A DNA stretch of 32,000 bases from Alkanindiges sp. WGS2144 (GTDB taxonomy: Bacteria; Pseudomonadota; Gammaproteobacteria; Pseudomonadales; Moraxellaceae). This document shows, one piece after another, positions 8,278 through 18,478 of this stretch. The notes under the pieces are model-generated. The model was given only the letters and a program-made list of their open reading frames with translations, searched no databases and was not told the origin of the DNA. Numbering within the stretch: position 1 is the stretch's first letter; every line of letters starts with the position of its first letter. A program made the translations under genes and the position numbers. Location of the stretch: the NCBI RefSeq assembly GCF_043950625.1, contig NZ_CP171007.1. The stretch is one strand, 5' to 3'.

Positions 8278-9855
8278 TTAGTGGCGGAAATGACGTACAC
8301 CAGTAAACACCATGGCAATCCCATGCTCATCCGCCGCGGCAATGGTCTCATTATCACGCATTGAACCACCGGGCTGAATGATACAGGAAATGCCTACCGC
8401 TGCTGCATTATCAATGCCATCGCGAAACGGGAAAAACGCATCGGAGGCCATTACCGCACCTTGTACATTCAGGCCAGCATGCTCTGCTTTAATGGCTGCA
8501 ATACGGGCAGAGTTAACCCGGCTCATTTGCCCCGCACCAATACCAATCGTCTGACGGTTTTTAGCATAGACAATGGCATTGGATTTAACATATTTAGCCA
8601 CTTTCCATGCAAAAATCAGATCATGGATCTCTGATTCGGTTGGAACGCGTGTGGTGACTACTTTTAAATCAGCCTCAGAAATAATGGCCAAGTCCTGATC
8701 CTGTACCAGCAAGCCGCCAGTGACACGTTTAAAGTCTAGCTGGCTATTACGGGCATCAAGGGCAGGCAGCTCGCCGCATACTAGAACACGCACATTTTGC
8801 TTGGCAGCAGTAATGTCCAGCACACCGTCTTCAATGCTTGGCGCGATAATCACCTCAACAAACTGGCGGTCAATAATGGCTTTGGCAGTGGCTTTATCCA
8901 GCGTGCGGTTAAAGGCAATAATGCCACCAAATGCAGATTCTGGATCAGTGGCATAAGCCAGATCATAAGCAGCAGCAATACCATCCAGCGACACGGCAAC
9001 ACCACAAGGGTTGGCATGCTTAACAATCACACAGGCTGGTTTGGCAAATGATTTAACGCATTCCAGTGCTGCATCAGTATCGGCAATATTGTTGTAAGAT
9101 AATTCTTTACCCTGTAATTGCCTGGCAGTAGAAACAGAAGCCTCGCTTGCGGTAGGCTCGTAATAAAACGCTGCGGTCTGGTGTGGATTCTCGCCATAAC
9201 GCAAATCCTGCGCCTTAACCAGTTGTAGGTTAAACGTGCGGGCAAAGCGGTCGGCTTGTTCATCTTCCTGCTTGTTCACACGAGCACCCAGATATTGCGC
9301 AATCATGCCATCGTATTGTGCAGTATGCTCAAAGGCTTTAACGGCCAGGTCAAAACGCGTGGCCTGCGATAATGTCTTATTGGTTTTTAATTCGCTGATT
9401 ACTACATCGTAATCGCTGGCGTTTACTACAATGCCTACTGATGCATGGTTTTTGGCTGCTGCACGTACCATGGTCGGGCCGCCGATATCAATATTTTCAA
9501 TGGCGTCTTGCAAAGAACAATTTGGCTTGGCTACAGTTTGTGCAAACGGATACAGGTTAACCACCACCAGATCAATCGGTGCAATATTGTGCTCTTGCAT
9601 CACGGCCTCATCAGTGCCGCGTCGCGCCAGAATACCACCATGAATTTTAGGATGCAGGGTTTTCACCCGACCGTCCATCATTTCAGGAAAGCCGGTATGT
9701 TCAGACACTTCGACTACAGGAATATTATTTTCCTTTAATAATTTATAAGTGCCGCCGGTAGACAGCAGCTCAATACCCAGTTCATTTAGGCTTTGGGCAA
9801 ATTCAACAATACCGGTTTTATCGGATACAGAAATCAGGGCGCGTGAGACAGTCAT
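8278..9855 (-). CDS. purH: Bifunctional AICAR transformylase / IMP cyclohydrolase
   Basis: 525 aa. The N-terminus is [16 protein letters not shown] (MGS-like domain) and the C-terminus is the typical FTGVRHFRH. Confidence 0.95.
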   Translation of the reverse strand: MTVSRALISVSDKTGIVEFAQSLNELGIELLSTGGTYKLLKENNIPVVEVSEHTGFPEMMDGRVKTLHPKIHGGILARRGTDEAVMQEHNIAPIDLVVVNLYPFAQTVAKPNCSLQDAIENIDIGGPTMVRAAAKNHASVGIVVNASDYDVVISELKTNKTLSQATRFDLAVKAFEHTAQYDGMIAQYLGARVNKQEDEQADRFARTFNLQLVKAQDLRYGENPHQTAAFYYEPTASEASVSTARQLQGKELSYNNIADTDAALECVKSFAKPACVIVKHANPCGVAVSLDGIAAAYDLAYATDPESAFGGIIAFNRTLDKATAKAIIDRQFVEVIIAPSIEDGVLDITAAKQNVRVLVCGELPALDARNSQLDFKRVTGGLLVQDQDLAIISEADLKVVTTRVPTESEIHDLIFAWKVAKYVKSNAIVYAKNRQTIGIGAGQMSRVNSARIAAIKAEHAGLNVQGAVMASDAFFPFRDGIDNAAAVGISCIIQPGGSMRDNETIAAADEHGIAMVFTGVRHFRH

Positions 9856-9887
9856 ATTAATCAGTTAAAATAAATAAACAGGAAAAA

Positions 9888-9924
9888 TTACAAATAAAAA
9901 TGCCTGTGAACAAAGCACAGGCAT
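9888..9924 (-). terminator. Rho-independent terminator of fis
   Basis: A perfect 9-bp stem, ATGCCTGTG (9900-9908) / CACAGGCAT (9916-9924), followed on the minus strand by TTTTATTTGTAATTTTT. Confidence 0.75.
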
Positions 9925-9930
9925 CAGGTC

Positions 9931-10200
9931 TTATTCACTCATCAGTCCGTGAGTTTTAAGTTTTTTACGCAGCGTGCCACGGTTTAACCCCAGAATTTCA
10001 GCGGCACGGGTCTGGTTGCCACGGGTGTATTCCAGTACGACAGAAAGAAGTGGTTTTTCCATTTCAGCCAGGACCAAGTCGTACACCTGAGAAGGCTGTT
10101 CACCTTGCAGTTGTGCAAAATAATGACGTACTGCACGATCAACGTGGATACGTAGTGCCACATCAGATTGAGCAGTAAAAATAGGAGACTTGCTATTCAT
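9931..10200 (-). CDS. fis: DNA-binding protein Fis
   Basis: The C-terminal HTH GNQTRAAEILGLNRGTLRKKLKTHGL closely matches E. coli Fis. I prefer the ATG at 10200 (MNSKSPIF...); the track's TTG at 10215 is an alternative. Confidence 0.9.
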   Translation of the reverse strand: MNSKSPIFTAQSDVALRIHVDRAVRHYFAQLQGEQPSQVYDLVLAEMEKPLLSVVLEYTRGNQTRAAEILGLNRGTLRKKLKTHGLMSE

Positions 10201-10280
10201 GGTTAAAAAATCCAAAACGAAACCACACGGTTGCCACAGTTAGACACTGTGCAGGTTAGAAATTCATAAATATGGTAGTG

Positions 10281-10289
10281 ATCATAGCA
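10281..10289 (-). promoter_or_regulatory. Extended -10 promoter candidate (proximal) for fis
   Basis: The minus strand reads TGCTATGAT (TGnTATGAT), about 80 nt upstream of the fis ATG. No good -35 element is present. Confidence 0.25.
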
Positions 10290-10533
10290 GGCGAGGCCAC
10301 GCATAAGTACCGGCAGCATCCTTACCATAAAATGAATAGAGGCTATTTTTAAGCTATTTTGACCAAAAAACAAGCAGCAAACCCAAAAACAGGTTGGTTA
10401 AATGTTAATCAGATAAAAAGTGTAAAAAAGCAGCTTCACCCGCTTAGGACTAAAGCAGGTTCTCACTTCAAATTAAAGGTGAAGAATGGCTAGCAATAAA
10501 CATCCTGCCGATTGCTAAGAGCACTACCACAAT

Positions 10534-10551
10534 GCGGCGGCTATCATACCA
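10534..10551 (-). promoter_or_regulatory. Extended -10 promoter candidate (distal) with a GC-rich discriminator
   Basis: The minus strand reads TGGTATGAT followed directly by AGCCGCCGC. A GC-rich discriminator is typical of stringently controlled promoters such as E. coli fis P. No good -35 element is present. Confidence 0.25.
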
Positions 10552-10641
10552 TTATGTCAGCGAATACGGCAGTCCTTGCGTGTTTTTTATCCAAAATAAA
10601 TTGCTTGATTTTTACCCTTAAATTGTGGCAGAGCATTGTTA

Positions 10642-11973
10642 TCAGTGATATAGCGGCTCCAGAGAGAAATCCTTAATGTCTGATCGGCGGGTCTTAATGG
10701 TAAATTCCACAGTGTAGGGTGTTTTGGTAGCAAGACGGGTGAGGCTTTTTAAATTTTCAGGCAAATACTGACGTGGCTGGATAATCTGGCTGGCTACCGT
10801 TTTATCCTGGCGCTTAAGATTGAGGCGTAGCGCTGGAAAAGGCTGACTTAACCTGGCCTGATTGATCAGCTGTGCTTTAAAGGTAGTTTGCCCTAGATGT
10901 TTATGCGCAGTCAGGCGAATATTCTTGACCTGTAGCTCATCTGCATTCATATAGGGGATCTGACAACCTGTTACACTGCATAAGCGGGTAATATAGCCAG
11001 AGGTTTTGGGATTCATGGCCATGCTTTCAAAGTTAAAATAAATATATTGAGCAACTAGCAAAGCCAGCATGAGCAGGGACATTAAGCCCCAGCCTATAAA
11101 ATAAGCAGGATTAGACTTCACTGGTGTAGGTTTTAGAATACGATGGCTGGCTGGCCGTGAAGCTGGGATGGCGCTGGCTTTTACAGATGGGCTGGCTGGA
11201 ATACTGACTGCGCCGGTGCGGTTTAAAAAGCTGAGCAGGTCTTCATCATGAGCAGGTGTATTTCTTTGGGTTAAAGCCTCAGGTAATGAATGATTTAACA
11301 TGCCTTTAACACGCTCATCAGCAGGCACTTGAGGTACTGCGATATCTGCTGGAGCGGTCAGTTGTTGTGCAGCCGCAGGAGGTTGTTCATCCTCGGCAAG
11401 TAAGTCATCAAGCCAGCTATCATCCGCTGCGGCATGCAGTTTTTCAACATTACCTAGCTCCTGTTGGCTTAAAAGATCAATATCTGCAAAGGTATCATTC
11501 AGAAATTGCTGATCAAAGGTATCATCTAGAATTACTGGCGCCGCGACCAGATTGTCCTTGTTTTTATTGGCTGATATTGGTGTGGCGGGCTCGTCATCCG
11601 GCAGGCCGTTGTCATCAGAGAATAACATGGGTGGCTGGGTGGAAGCTGGGGCAGCAGTTGTATTGAAGGTTCGGGACTCACCTGATATGGAAGTTTCAGG
11701 CAGGCCAACATCATCTGAAAACAATAACGGTTCTTCTACAGCTGGAGCAGGCGAAGCAGGTGCAGGGGCCATTTCTGATGGCTCTCTTTCAGATAGTTCT
11801 CTGCGCGTGTCTGGCTGGGTCTGGGCAGCTGAAGCCACCACCAGATTGCTATTGGCATCAAAAATCTGATGGCATTGACCACAACGAGCCTGACCCCGAT
11901 AGGCATTCAGCTGCAAGGATGTAATATAAAAAGCACTTTGACAAAATGGACAGCGTGTTTGCTTAACTGTCAT
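10642..11973 (-). CDS. Zinc-ribbon (MJ0042-type) / DUF3426-family membrane protein
   Basis: The N-terminus has CPFC...CGQC. It is followed by a long acidic Pro/Ala-rich linker, one hydrophobic helix (FIGWGLMSLLMLALLVAQYIYF) and a C-terminal beta-rich domain. I prefer the ATG at 11973 with GGAG/AGGTG upstream; the track's GTG at 11979 is an alternative. The gene starts 37 nt downstream of prmA, which suggests an operon. Confidence 0.8.
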   Translation of the reverse strand: MTVKQTRCPFCQSAFYITSLQLNAYRGQARCGQCHQIFDANSNLVVASAAQTQPDTRRELSEREPSEMAPAPASPAPAVEEPLLFSDDVGLPETSISGESRTFNTTAAPASTQPPMLFSDDNGLPDDEPATPISANKNKDNLVAAPVILDDTFDQQFLNDTFADIDLLSQQELGNVEKLHAAADDSWLDDLLAEDEQPPAAAQQLTAPADIAVPQVPADERVKGMLNHSLPEALTQRNTPAHDEDLLSFLNRTGAVSIPASPSVKASAIPASRPASHRILKPTPVKSNPAYFIGWGLMSLLMLALLVAQYIYFNFESMAMNPKTSGYITRLCSVTGCQIPYMNADELQVKNIRLTAHKHLGQTTFKAQLINQARLSQPFPALRLNLKRQDKTVASQIIQPRQYLPENLKSLTRLATKTPYTVEFTIKTRRSDIKDFSLEPLYH

Positions 11974-12010
11974 TTGCACCTAACTCCATATCTATAATTA
12001 AAATTGTCCT

Positions 12011-12904
12011 TTATGCAGATGCCAATCGTTCCCCCGATAGTCGGCACCAGTTTTCTTCTCGCTGACCCAGTGTATGCAAATTAAACCACTTTGCATAGCT
12101 GGTCTTTAAGTCTTCAACTTGCTCTTCAATAATGCCTGCCATGGCAATTTGCGCATTGGGTTTGGCTAGCGCAGCAAAATTTTCTGCAAGGTGCATCAGG
12201 GGGCCAGCCAGAATGTTGGCAACAATCACGTCCGCCTGTAGCGCTGGAAATTGTTGTTCAAATTCTTCAGGCAATCCGCACCAGATATGCTCTGCCACGC
12301 CATTGAGTGCGGCATTTTGCTGGGTAGACAATACCGCCTGCGGGTCAAGATCTACTGCGTATACCTGTTTTGCCCCAAGTAGCAACGCTGCAATACCCAA
12401 AATACCGGAACCGCAGCCATAATCAATCACTACTTTATCTTTTAAATCCTGCTGATCCAGCCATTGCAGGCATAAAAAAGTGCTGGCATGGTTGCCGGTG
12501 CCAAAGGCCAATCCCGGATCAAGCATCAGGTTAATGGCATCCGGGTTTGGCGGGCTTAGCCACTCGGGCACAATCCACAGGCGCTCACCACACTGGATCG
12601 GTTCATAATGATCCATCCAGGCGCGTTCCCATACCTGTTCTTCCAGATAATCATGATGAATGGGCGCATCAGTCAACTGGCTGCTTAAAAACCCCTCCAG
12701 TTGCCCGGCATCAGCTTCATTAGTAAACAGGCCAGTCACGATCACCTGATCCCAAAGCGGTGTTTCACCAGGCAGTGGCTCAAGCAGTGCCTGATCCTGC
12801 GCATCATCCAGAATGACGCTTACTGCGCCTAGAGATTGCATTAAAGTTTCTGCCAGTGCAACCTGTGCTTTTGTGACAGTTGCCCGAATTTGTAGCCAGC
12901 GCAT
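12011..12904 (-). CDS. prmA: Ribosomal protein L11 methyltransferase
   Basis: 297 aa. It has the SAM-binding motif [15 protein letters not shown], a PrmA-type N-terminal domain and a GGGGA Shine-Dalgarno sequence. Confidence 0.9.
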   Translation of the reverse strand: MRWLQIRATVTKAQVALAETLMQSLGAVSVILDDAQDQALLEPLPGETPLWDQVIVTGLFTNEADAGQLEGFLSSQLTDAPIHHDYLEEQVWERAWMDHYEPIQCGERLWIVPEWLSPPNPDAINLMLDPGLAFGTGNHASTFLCLQWLDQQDLKDKVVIDYGCGSGILGIAALLLGAKQVYAVDLDPQAVLSTQQNAALNGVAEHIWCGLPEEFEQQFPALQADVIVANILAGPLMHLAENFAALAKPNAQIAMAGIIEEQVEDLKTSYAKWFNLHTLGQREENWCRLSGERLASA

Positions 12905-13192
12905 GATGGTTTCCCCACAATATTGAAAAAAATAGTAGCTGCAATTAGATGGTGGCTTGAATAAAACACCTAAATCCAGAATTGAATATATAAATAGAGC
13001 AGCTTAAGTGAACCGCTTTGGCATGAATGTTACGCTGATCCAGCGCATCATATCTTCCATTGATCATCAGAAGGGGTCACTTAAAAAACGCCACAGTATA
13101 GACGGTCTTGGCCTGATATAACCAAAGTGCCGGGTAGATTATTCTGGAAAAGTAGCGTTTAAGTTCAGCTTTTGGGCAATCTGATCTAATCT

Positions 13193-13624
13193 CTAGCCGC
13201 TAATATATTGTTGTAGCTGCTCAATCAAAGCCTGCTGTTGTTCCATCACACTTTTCACCAGGTCGCCAATAGACACCAGACCGGTTAACTGGCCATTTTC
13301 TACTACTGGTAGATGTCGCAGGTGTTTGTCTGTCATGAGTTGCATGCAGTGCTTGATACTATGCCCGGGAGTAACAGTGACCACTGCATGAGTCATAATG
13401 TCGGATACAACCGTACTGTACGATGAGCGCTCCATAAGAGCTACCTTACGGGCATAATCACGCTCGCTAATAATGCCAGTGACTTTTTCTGCCTGTGTTA
13501 CCACCAATGCGCCAATGCCTTTATCCGCCATCAGGCTAATAGCCTCCAGCACTGTAGCATCCGGGGAGATGGTATAAATGTCCTGACTGATCTTGTTTTG
13601 TAGTACATGGGCAACGGTTTGCAT
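13193..13624 (-). CDS. CBS-pair domain protein
   Basis: 143 aa with two CBS repeats (IGALVVTQAEKVTGIISERD and LRHLPVVENGQLTGLVSIGD). An AGGA Shine-Dalgarno sequence is present. Confidence 0.85.
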   Translation of the reverse strand: MQTVAHVLQNKISQDIYTISPDATVLEAISLMADKGIGALVVTQAEKVTGIISERDYARKVALMERSSYSTVVSDIMTHAVVTVTPGHSIKHCMQLMTDKHLRHLPVVENGQLTGLVSIGDLVKSVMEQQQALIEQLQQYISG

Positions 13625-13742
13625 GAATATTGTCCTGTTATTCTAGAAGTATGCAATGAACTGCTTTATGGTTGTAATGGATTTTGGCTGAAATGAAAAG
13701 GGATAAGCCACAATTTATTTTTATGATTTATGGAGACAAATA

Positions 13743-13775
13743 ATTTAAAACAGGAGACGCCCATTCAGGCGCCTC
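13743..13775 (-). terminator. Terminator candidate of gcvH
   Basis: The stem GAGACGCC (13754-13761) / GGCGCCTC (13768-13775) pairs 7 of 8 positions. On the minus strand it is followed by CTGTTTTAAATTATTT. Confidence 0.5.
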
Positions 13776-13795
13776 AAACAGCATCAATGTATCGC

Positions 13796-14173
13796 TTAGT
13801 CCAGGCTGTTTTCATATTGTTCAGCAGAAAATAAAGCATCCAGCTCGGATGGGTTATCCGGACGGATTTTATAAATCCATCCTTTGCCATAGGGGTCGGT
13901 ATTAATGATTTCCGGGTCATCTTCAAGCAATGAATTCACTTCAACCACCACACCAGACACAGGTGCATGAATATCAGACGCCGTTTTTACTGACTCTACC
14001 ACACCGGCTTGTTCGCCCTTAACTACAGTGCTGCCCACTTCTGGTGCTTCTACATAGACTAAATCGCCCAGCGAATCCTGAGCATGATCAGAAATACCGG
14101 TAACGATTAAATCATCTTCCTGTTTTGCCCATTCGTGAGTGCTGGCATATTTTAAGTCATTCGGGTGGTTCAT
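13796..14173 (-). CDS. gcvH: Glycine cleavage system H protein (lipoyl carrier)
   Basis: 125 aa. It has the lipoyl-lysine motif [16 protein letters not shown], the N-terminus YASTHEWA and a GGAG Shine-Dalgarno sequence. Confidence 0.93.
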   Translation of the reverse strand: MNHPNDLKYASTHEWAKQEDDLIVTGISDHAQDSLGDLVYVEAPEVGSTVVKGEQAGVVESVKTASDIHAPVSGVVVEVNSLLEDDPEIINTDPYGKGWIYKIRPDNPSELDALFSAEQYENSLD

Positions 14174-14379
14174 GCTAAACTCCAGTCATACTGACATGAT
14201 TGCAATTTTAATTGGGCGCAAGTGTAGCGAGTGTTTAAAAGAAAATGTAGCCAGTCAATTAAAAAACTTAAAAATTTTCTTCAAAATAAAAGGGAATAGA
14301 GCAGTTCAACTGATTGCAAAATTGTTTGTCAGCCCTTATATAGCCTGTTCTTGAGAATTATTTTTACCTTATTTTGTCC

Positions 14380-17300
14380 ATGAATTTAAACACACCTGTT
14401 CCAGCCGAAATACACCATTTAGTCATGGCGCGTGACCGTTATCAATTGTTGCGCTTAAAAAGCGGTAAATTCAGGAATGAAAAAGCCTACCAGCAACTAT
14501 TAGAAAAATCACAACAGGCTGTGCAAAAACGTGCCGAGCGCCTGCCCAAAATTACCCTGAATGAAGACCTGCCAGTTTCACAAAATGCCGATAGTCTAAT
14601 TAAAGCCATTCAGGAGTATCAGGTCATTATTGTGGCGGGTGAAACCGGATCGGGTAAAACCACGCAGTTGCCTAAAATTGCCATGCTGGCTGGTCGCGGT
14701 TTAACCGGGATGATTGGCCATACCCAGCCACGCCGTCTGGCTGCGCGTAGTGTATCGCAACGTATTGCGGAGGAGCTGGGCGAACCACTGGGTAAATCGG
14801 TTGGCTTTAAGGTGCGCTTTAATGAAACGGGTAACAGCGATGCCTTTGTTCGCTTAATGACCGACGGTATTTTGCTGGCCGAGCTGGGCAACGACCGTTT
14901 TTTAAATAAATACGACACCATTATTATTGATGAGGCGCATGAACGCTCGCTGAATATTGACTTTTTGCTGGGCTATATCCGGCAGATTTTGCCCAAGCGT
15001 CCTGATTTAAAAGTGATTGTCACCTCGGCCACACTGGACGTAAACCGTTTTAGCCAATATTTTGCCGATGCTTCTGGTCAGGGTGCGCCCATCTTTGAAG
15101 TGGAAGGGCGCAGTTATTCGGTTGAGGTGCGTTATCGTCCGGTATCCGAGTTGAGTGTTGGCGGTAGCGATGACGATGCCTTTGATGATGTTGAAGAAAA
15201 CCTGCCGCGTGCCGTGGTGGCAGCGGTAGAAGAATGCTATGAGGATGCCATCAATAAAGGTCATCCGGAACATGCTGATATTTTAGTGTTTGCCAGCACC
15301 GAGCAGGAAATCCGCGATTTACAGGAAACTTTGCGAAAGTTTGGGCCACGGCATACTGAAATTTTACCGCTGTACGCACGGCTGGCTTTAAGCGAACAGC
15401 AAAAGATTTTTAGCCCATCGGGCAAAGGGCGGCGCATTATTATTGCCACTAACGTGGCGGAAACTGCGCTCACCGTGCCCAATATCCGCTATGTGATTGA
15501 CAGCGGTTTTGCTCGTATATCGCGTTATTCCTATCGCTCTCGGGTGCAACGCTTGCCCATTGAAGCCATTAGTCAGGCAGCGGCCAACCAGCGTAAAGGG
15601 CGTTGCGGGCGAATTGCGCCGGGTGTGTGTATTCGCTTGTACAGTGAGGATGACTTTTTAGGTCGGCCAGAATTTACTGAACCGGAAATCAAGCGCACCA
15701 ATCTGGCCTCCGTCATTTTGCAAATGCAAAATCTGGGCTTGGGCGAACTGGATAATTTTGATTTTATCGAGCCGCCAGACCATCGTTTGGTCAATGATGG
15801 TAAAAAGTTATTGATTGAGTTAGGTGCTTTAACGGAAAGAAAATCCGAAAGCAAGCTCACCAAAATCGGCCAGATGATGGCAAAAATGCCGATTGACCCA
15901 CGGCTGGCGCGTATGATTTTAGGCGGAGCACATTTTGGCGTGCTTAATGAAGTGTTAATTGTGGTCAGTGCATTGGCGGTGCAAGACCCACGCGAGCGTC
16001 CCGCTGACAAACAAACCCAGGCTGACCAAAAGCATGCGTTGTTTAAAGAGGCCGATTCTGACTTTTTATTTTATCTCAAATTGTGGGAAACCATTGCCGG
16101 GCAAAAGGGGCAGGAAGGCAGTACGCCGTTGTCCGAACGGCAGCGCCGCCAGTTTGCCAAGCAGCATTTTTTAAGCTGGCTGCGTTTGCGTGAGTGGCGG
16201 CAAACCCATCAGCAATTGGTCGATTTGGCGCAGCAGCTTAAGTTATCGTTTAACCGCGTTAGCGACCCGCAACTGGCCAATTATGAAAACCTGCACCGTG
16301 CCTTGCTGACCGGTTTACTGTCCTTTGTGGCACAAAAGACTGATGAAAAAAATATCTATCAGGCAGTAAAACAGCAAAAAGCGCGGATCTTTCCGGCCAG
16401 TACTTTGCATAAGCAGGGTGCGCCGTGGCTGATGGCCTTTGAAATGGTGGAAACCTCGCAGGTGTATTTGCGCACGCTGGCTAAAATCGAACCGGAGTGG
16501 ATTTTGCTGGCTGCGCGAGACTTGCTCAAGTATCACTACTTTGAACCGCACTGGTCGAAAAAATCCGGCACCGTCAATGCCTATGCGCAAATTTCCCTGT
16601 TTGGTTTAATTATTCAGCCCAAGCAGCCGTGTAATTATGAAAAAGTAAACCAAGCAGATGCGCATGAAATCTTTTTGCGTGATGCGCTGGTCACCGGTAA
16701 TCTGGGCATTAATCCGCCATTTTTACAGCATAATGTACAAAAGATTGCCGAGGTAGAGCGCATTGAAGACAAACTGCGCCGCCGTGATTTATTGGTGGAT
16801 GAAGAAACCCTGTATCAATTTTATGCCGCCCGCATTCCAGAACATATTGCCAGCCGCCGCGCTTTTGAAGACTGGCGGGCAGAGGTAGAGGCTAAAAACT
16901 CCAGAGTTTTATTTTTAAGCAATGAAGACGTGTTACTGGACAATGCGCCAAAAACCAACCAGTTTCCCGATTACTGGCAGGTGGGGCAACTGCGGCTCGC
17001 GACTCGCTACGTGTTTGACCCTAGCCGGGATGACGATGGTGCGACGGTAAGTATTCCAGTGCAGGCCTTGCCGCAGGTGGACAGTAATGCGTTATCCTGG
17101 GGGATACCCGGCTGGCGGCAGCAACTGGTCGAGGCATTGTTAAAATCCTTGCCCAAAGACAAGCGCCGCCTATTTGTGCCGATTCCCGATACTGCTAAAA
17201 AGCTGCTTACTGAGCTTAATCCACAACAGGGTAATAGCTTAACCGCGCAATTAGCTTTCTTATTGCGAGGCGAGCAAATTCGGGAACAGGATTTTGACTT

Positions 17301-18327
17301 AAACAGTGTGCCGAATTTTCTACGCCCTGTGATTCAGGTCATTGATGACAAAAAACGCCTTATTGCCCAGGGACGTGATCTGGAAGAATTGCAGGCGCGT
17401 TGCCGGGTAGCCACGCATCAGCCAGTGCAGCAACAACAGGGCGAGCTGCTTGATTTTCCGGCCAGTTTTGAGTTTGAAACACAAAAGAAAGTGACTGGTT
17501 TACTAGTTAGTCAATATCATGCTTTGGTACCGGTTGAGGCCAATAGCAAGCAGCCAGATGACCCTAAAATCCAAAACCAGAAAGGCGTGCTTATTCAGAG
17601 CTATAACGATGAAAGCGAAGCCAAACGCCATCACCGGCAGGGTTTATTGCGGCTGGCCAGTTTGCAACTAGGTGATTTAAGCCGCCAGCTCAAAAAACAA
17701 TTGCCCAAGTCGTTAGTTCTGGCCTTCGCACCGCTGGGCACTAAAGCACAACTGGAAGACATGCTGATTTACGCCACGCTGGATGTGTCATTTGATGGCC
17801 TGGCTTTTAGTCAAGCTGAATTTGAGCATAAACTTAGCCAAACCAGAGCGCAGTTTTTAACGCAGGGGCAGCAGGTACTGACCACGTTGACGGACATTTT
17901 TAGCTTGTGGCAAAGCATTCGCCGTCAAATGCTGGTGATTGATACGGATATTTTTGGCCGTAGCCTGGATGATATTGAAGACCAGCTGGATGGCTTACAA
18001 CTGGCAGATTTTGTTTATCAGATAGATAGCACGCACTGGCAGGAATATCCGCGTTATTTAAAAGCTTTGAATACCCGACTGGAGCGGTTACCCAATAATC
18101 TTAAAAAAGATACTGAGGGCGTGGTGCAAATTGACCCCTTTATGGAAAAGTTGCTTAAGTTTATGGATAAAAAGCAGTTGCCGAAAAATCCACAGCAGCA
18201 GAATGCGTTTGAGGAGTTTCGCTGGCTACTGGAAGAATGGCGCATCTCGCTATTTGCCCAACCCATGAAAACCAGGGTGCCAGTATCGCAAAAACGGCTG
18301 GAAAAAGCCTGGCAGACAGTAGGATAA
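14380..18327 (+). CDS. hrpA: ATP-dependent RNA helicase HrpA (DEAH-box)
   Basis: About 1315 aa. Motifs seen: GETGSGKTTQLPK, IIIDEAHERS, TNVAETALTVP and QRKGRCGR. The C-terminal extension is of HrpA length. The start is the ATG at 14380 or the track's TTG at 14374. Confidence 0.95.
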   Translation: MNLNTPVPAEIHHLVMARDRYQLLRLKSGKFRNEKAYQQLLEKSQQAVQKRAERLPKITLNEDLPVSQNADSLIKAIQEYQVIIVAGETGSGKTTQLPKIAMLAGRGLTGMIGHTQPRRLAARSVSQRIAEELGEPLGKSVGFKVRFNETGNSDAFVRLMTDGILLAELGNDRFLNKYDTIIIDEAHERSLNIDFLLGYIRQILPKRPDLKVIVTSATLDVNRFSQYFADASGQGAPIFEVEGRSYSVEVRYRPVSELSVGGSDDDAFDDVEENLPRAVVAAVEECYEDAINKGHPEHADILVFASTEQEIRDLQETLRKFGPRHTEILPLYARLALSEQQKIFSPSGKGRRIIIATNVAETALTVPNIRYVIDSGFARISRYSYRSRVQRLPIEAISQAAANQRKGRCGRIAPGVCIRLYSEDDFLGRPEFTEPEIKRTNLASVILQMQNLGLGELDNFDFIEPPDHRLVNDGKKLLIELGALTERKSESKLTKIGQMMAKMPIDPRLARMILGGAHFGVLNEVLIVVSALAVQDPRERPADKQTQADQKHALFKEADSDFLFYLKLWETIAGQKGQEGSTPLSERQRRQFAKQHFLSWLRLREWRQTHQQLVDLAQQLKLSFNRVSDPQLANYENLHRALLTGLLSFVAQKTDEKNIYQAVKQQKARIFPASTLHKQGAPWLMAFEMVETSQVYLRTLAKIEPEWILLAARDLLKYHYFEPHWSKKSGTVNAYAQISLFGLIIQPKQPCNYEKVNQADAHEIFLRDALVTGNLGINPPFLQHNVQKIAEVERIEDKLRRRDLLVDEETLYQFYAARIPEHIASRRAFEDWRAEVEAKNSRVLFLSNEDVLLDNAPKTNQFPDYWQVGQLRLATRYVFDPSRDDDGATVSIPVQALPQVDSNALSWGIPGWRQQLVEALLKSLPKDKRRLFVPIPDTAKKLLTELNPQQGNSLTAQLAFLLRGEQIREQDFDLNSVPNFLRPVIQVIDDKKRLIAQGRDLEELQARCRVATHQPVQQQQGELLDFPASFEFETQKKVTGLLVSQYHALVPVEANSKQPDDPKIQNQKGVLIQSYNDESEAKRHHRQGLLRLASLQLGDLSRQLKKQLPKSLVLAFAPLGTKAQLEDMLIYATLDVSFDGLAFSQAEFEHKLSQTRAQFLTQGQQVLTTLTDIFSLWQSIRRQMLVIDTDIFGRSLDDIEDQLDGLQLADFVYQIDSTHWQEYPRYLKALNTRLERLPNNLKKDTEGVVQIDPFMEKLLKFMDKKQLPKNPQQQNAFEEFRWLLEEWRISLFAQPMKTRVPVSQKRLEKAWQTVG

Positions 18328-18478
18328 TTCTATGGTGTTTGTCAGTCTTAAACACTGAAAAAAACTGCTTTGATTTTTTCACAAAACGTAACCCCAACTA
18401 ACAGCTTAAACCCTCTACAACCAAAGCCATTAGGTATACATTGCCTTAAGGTAAAACGACTGTAACAAGGACTTTTAA

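Noticed and set aside
7151-9738. Multiple 70-126-aa ORFs antisense to purD and purH (for example 7151-7408, 7754-8134, 8720-8956, 9445-9738)
   Set aside because: All lie entirely within well-supported purD or purH coding sequence on the opposite strand or in another frame, and none shows a recognisable motif.
11367-11869. ORFs 11367-11666(+), 11552-11869(+) and 11532-11714(-) within the DUF3426 gene
   Set aside because: These are shadow ORFs produced by the GC-rich, low-complexity linker-coding region. There is no independent support.
14139-14354. A 71-aa ORF in the gcvH-hrpA divergent region, and the 9-mer TGATTGCAA repeated at 14197-14205 and 14311-14319
   Set aside because: The ORF overlaps the gcvH start, is AT-rich, and has no Shine-Dalgarno sequence or motif. 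A single 9-mer recurrence in AT-rich spacers is about what chance predicts across a dozen or so intergenic regions. I looked for a glycine riboswitch (GGAGAG...ACCGAAGG core) and did not see one.
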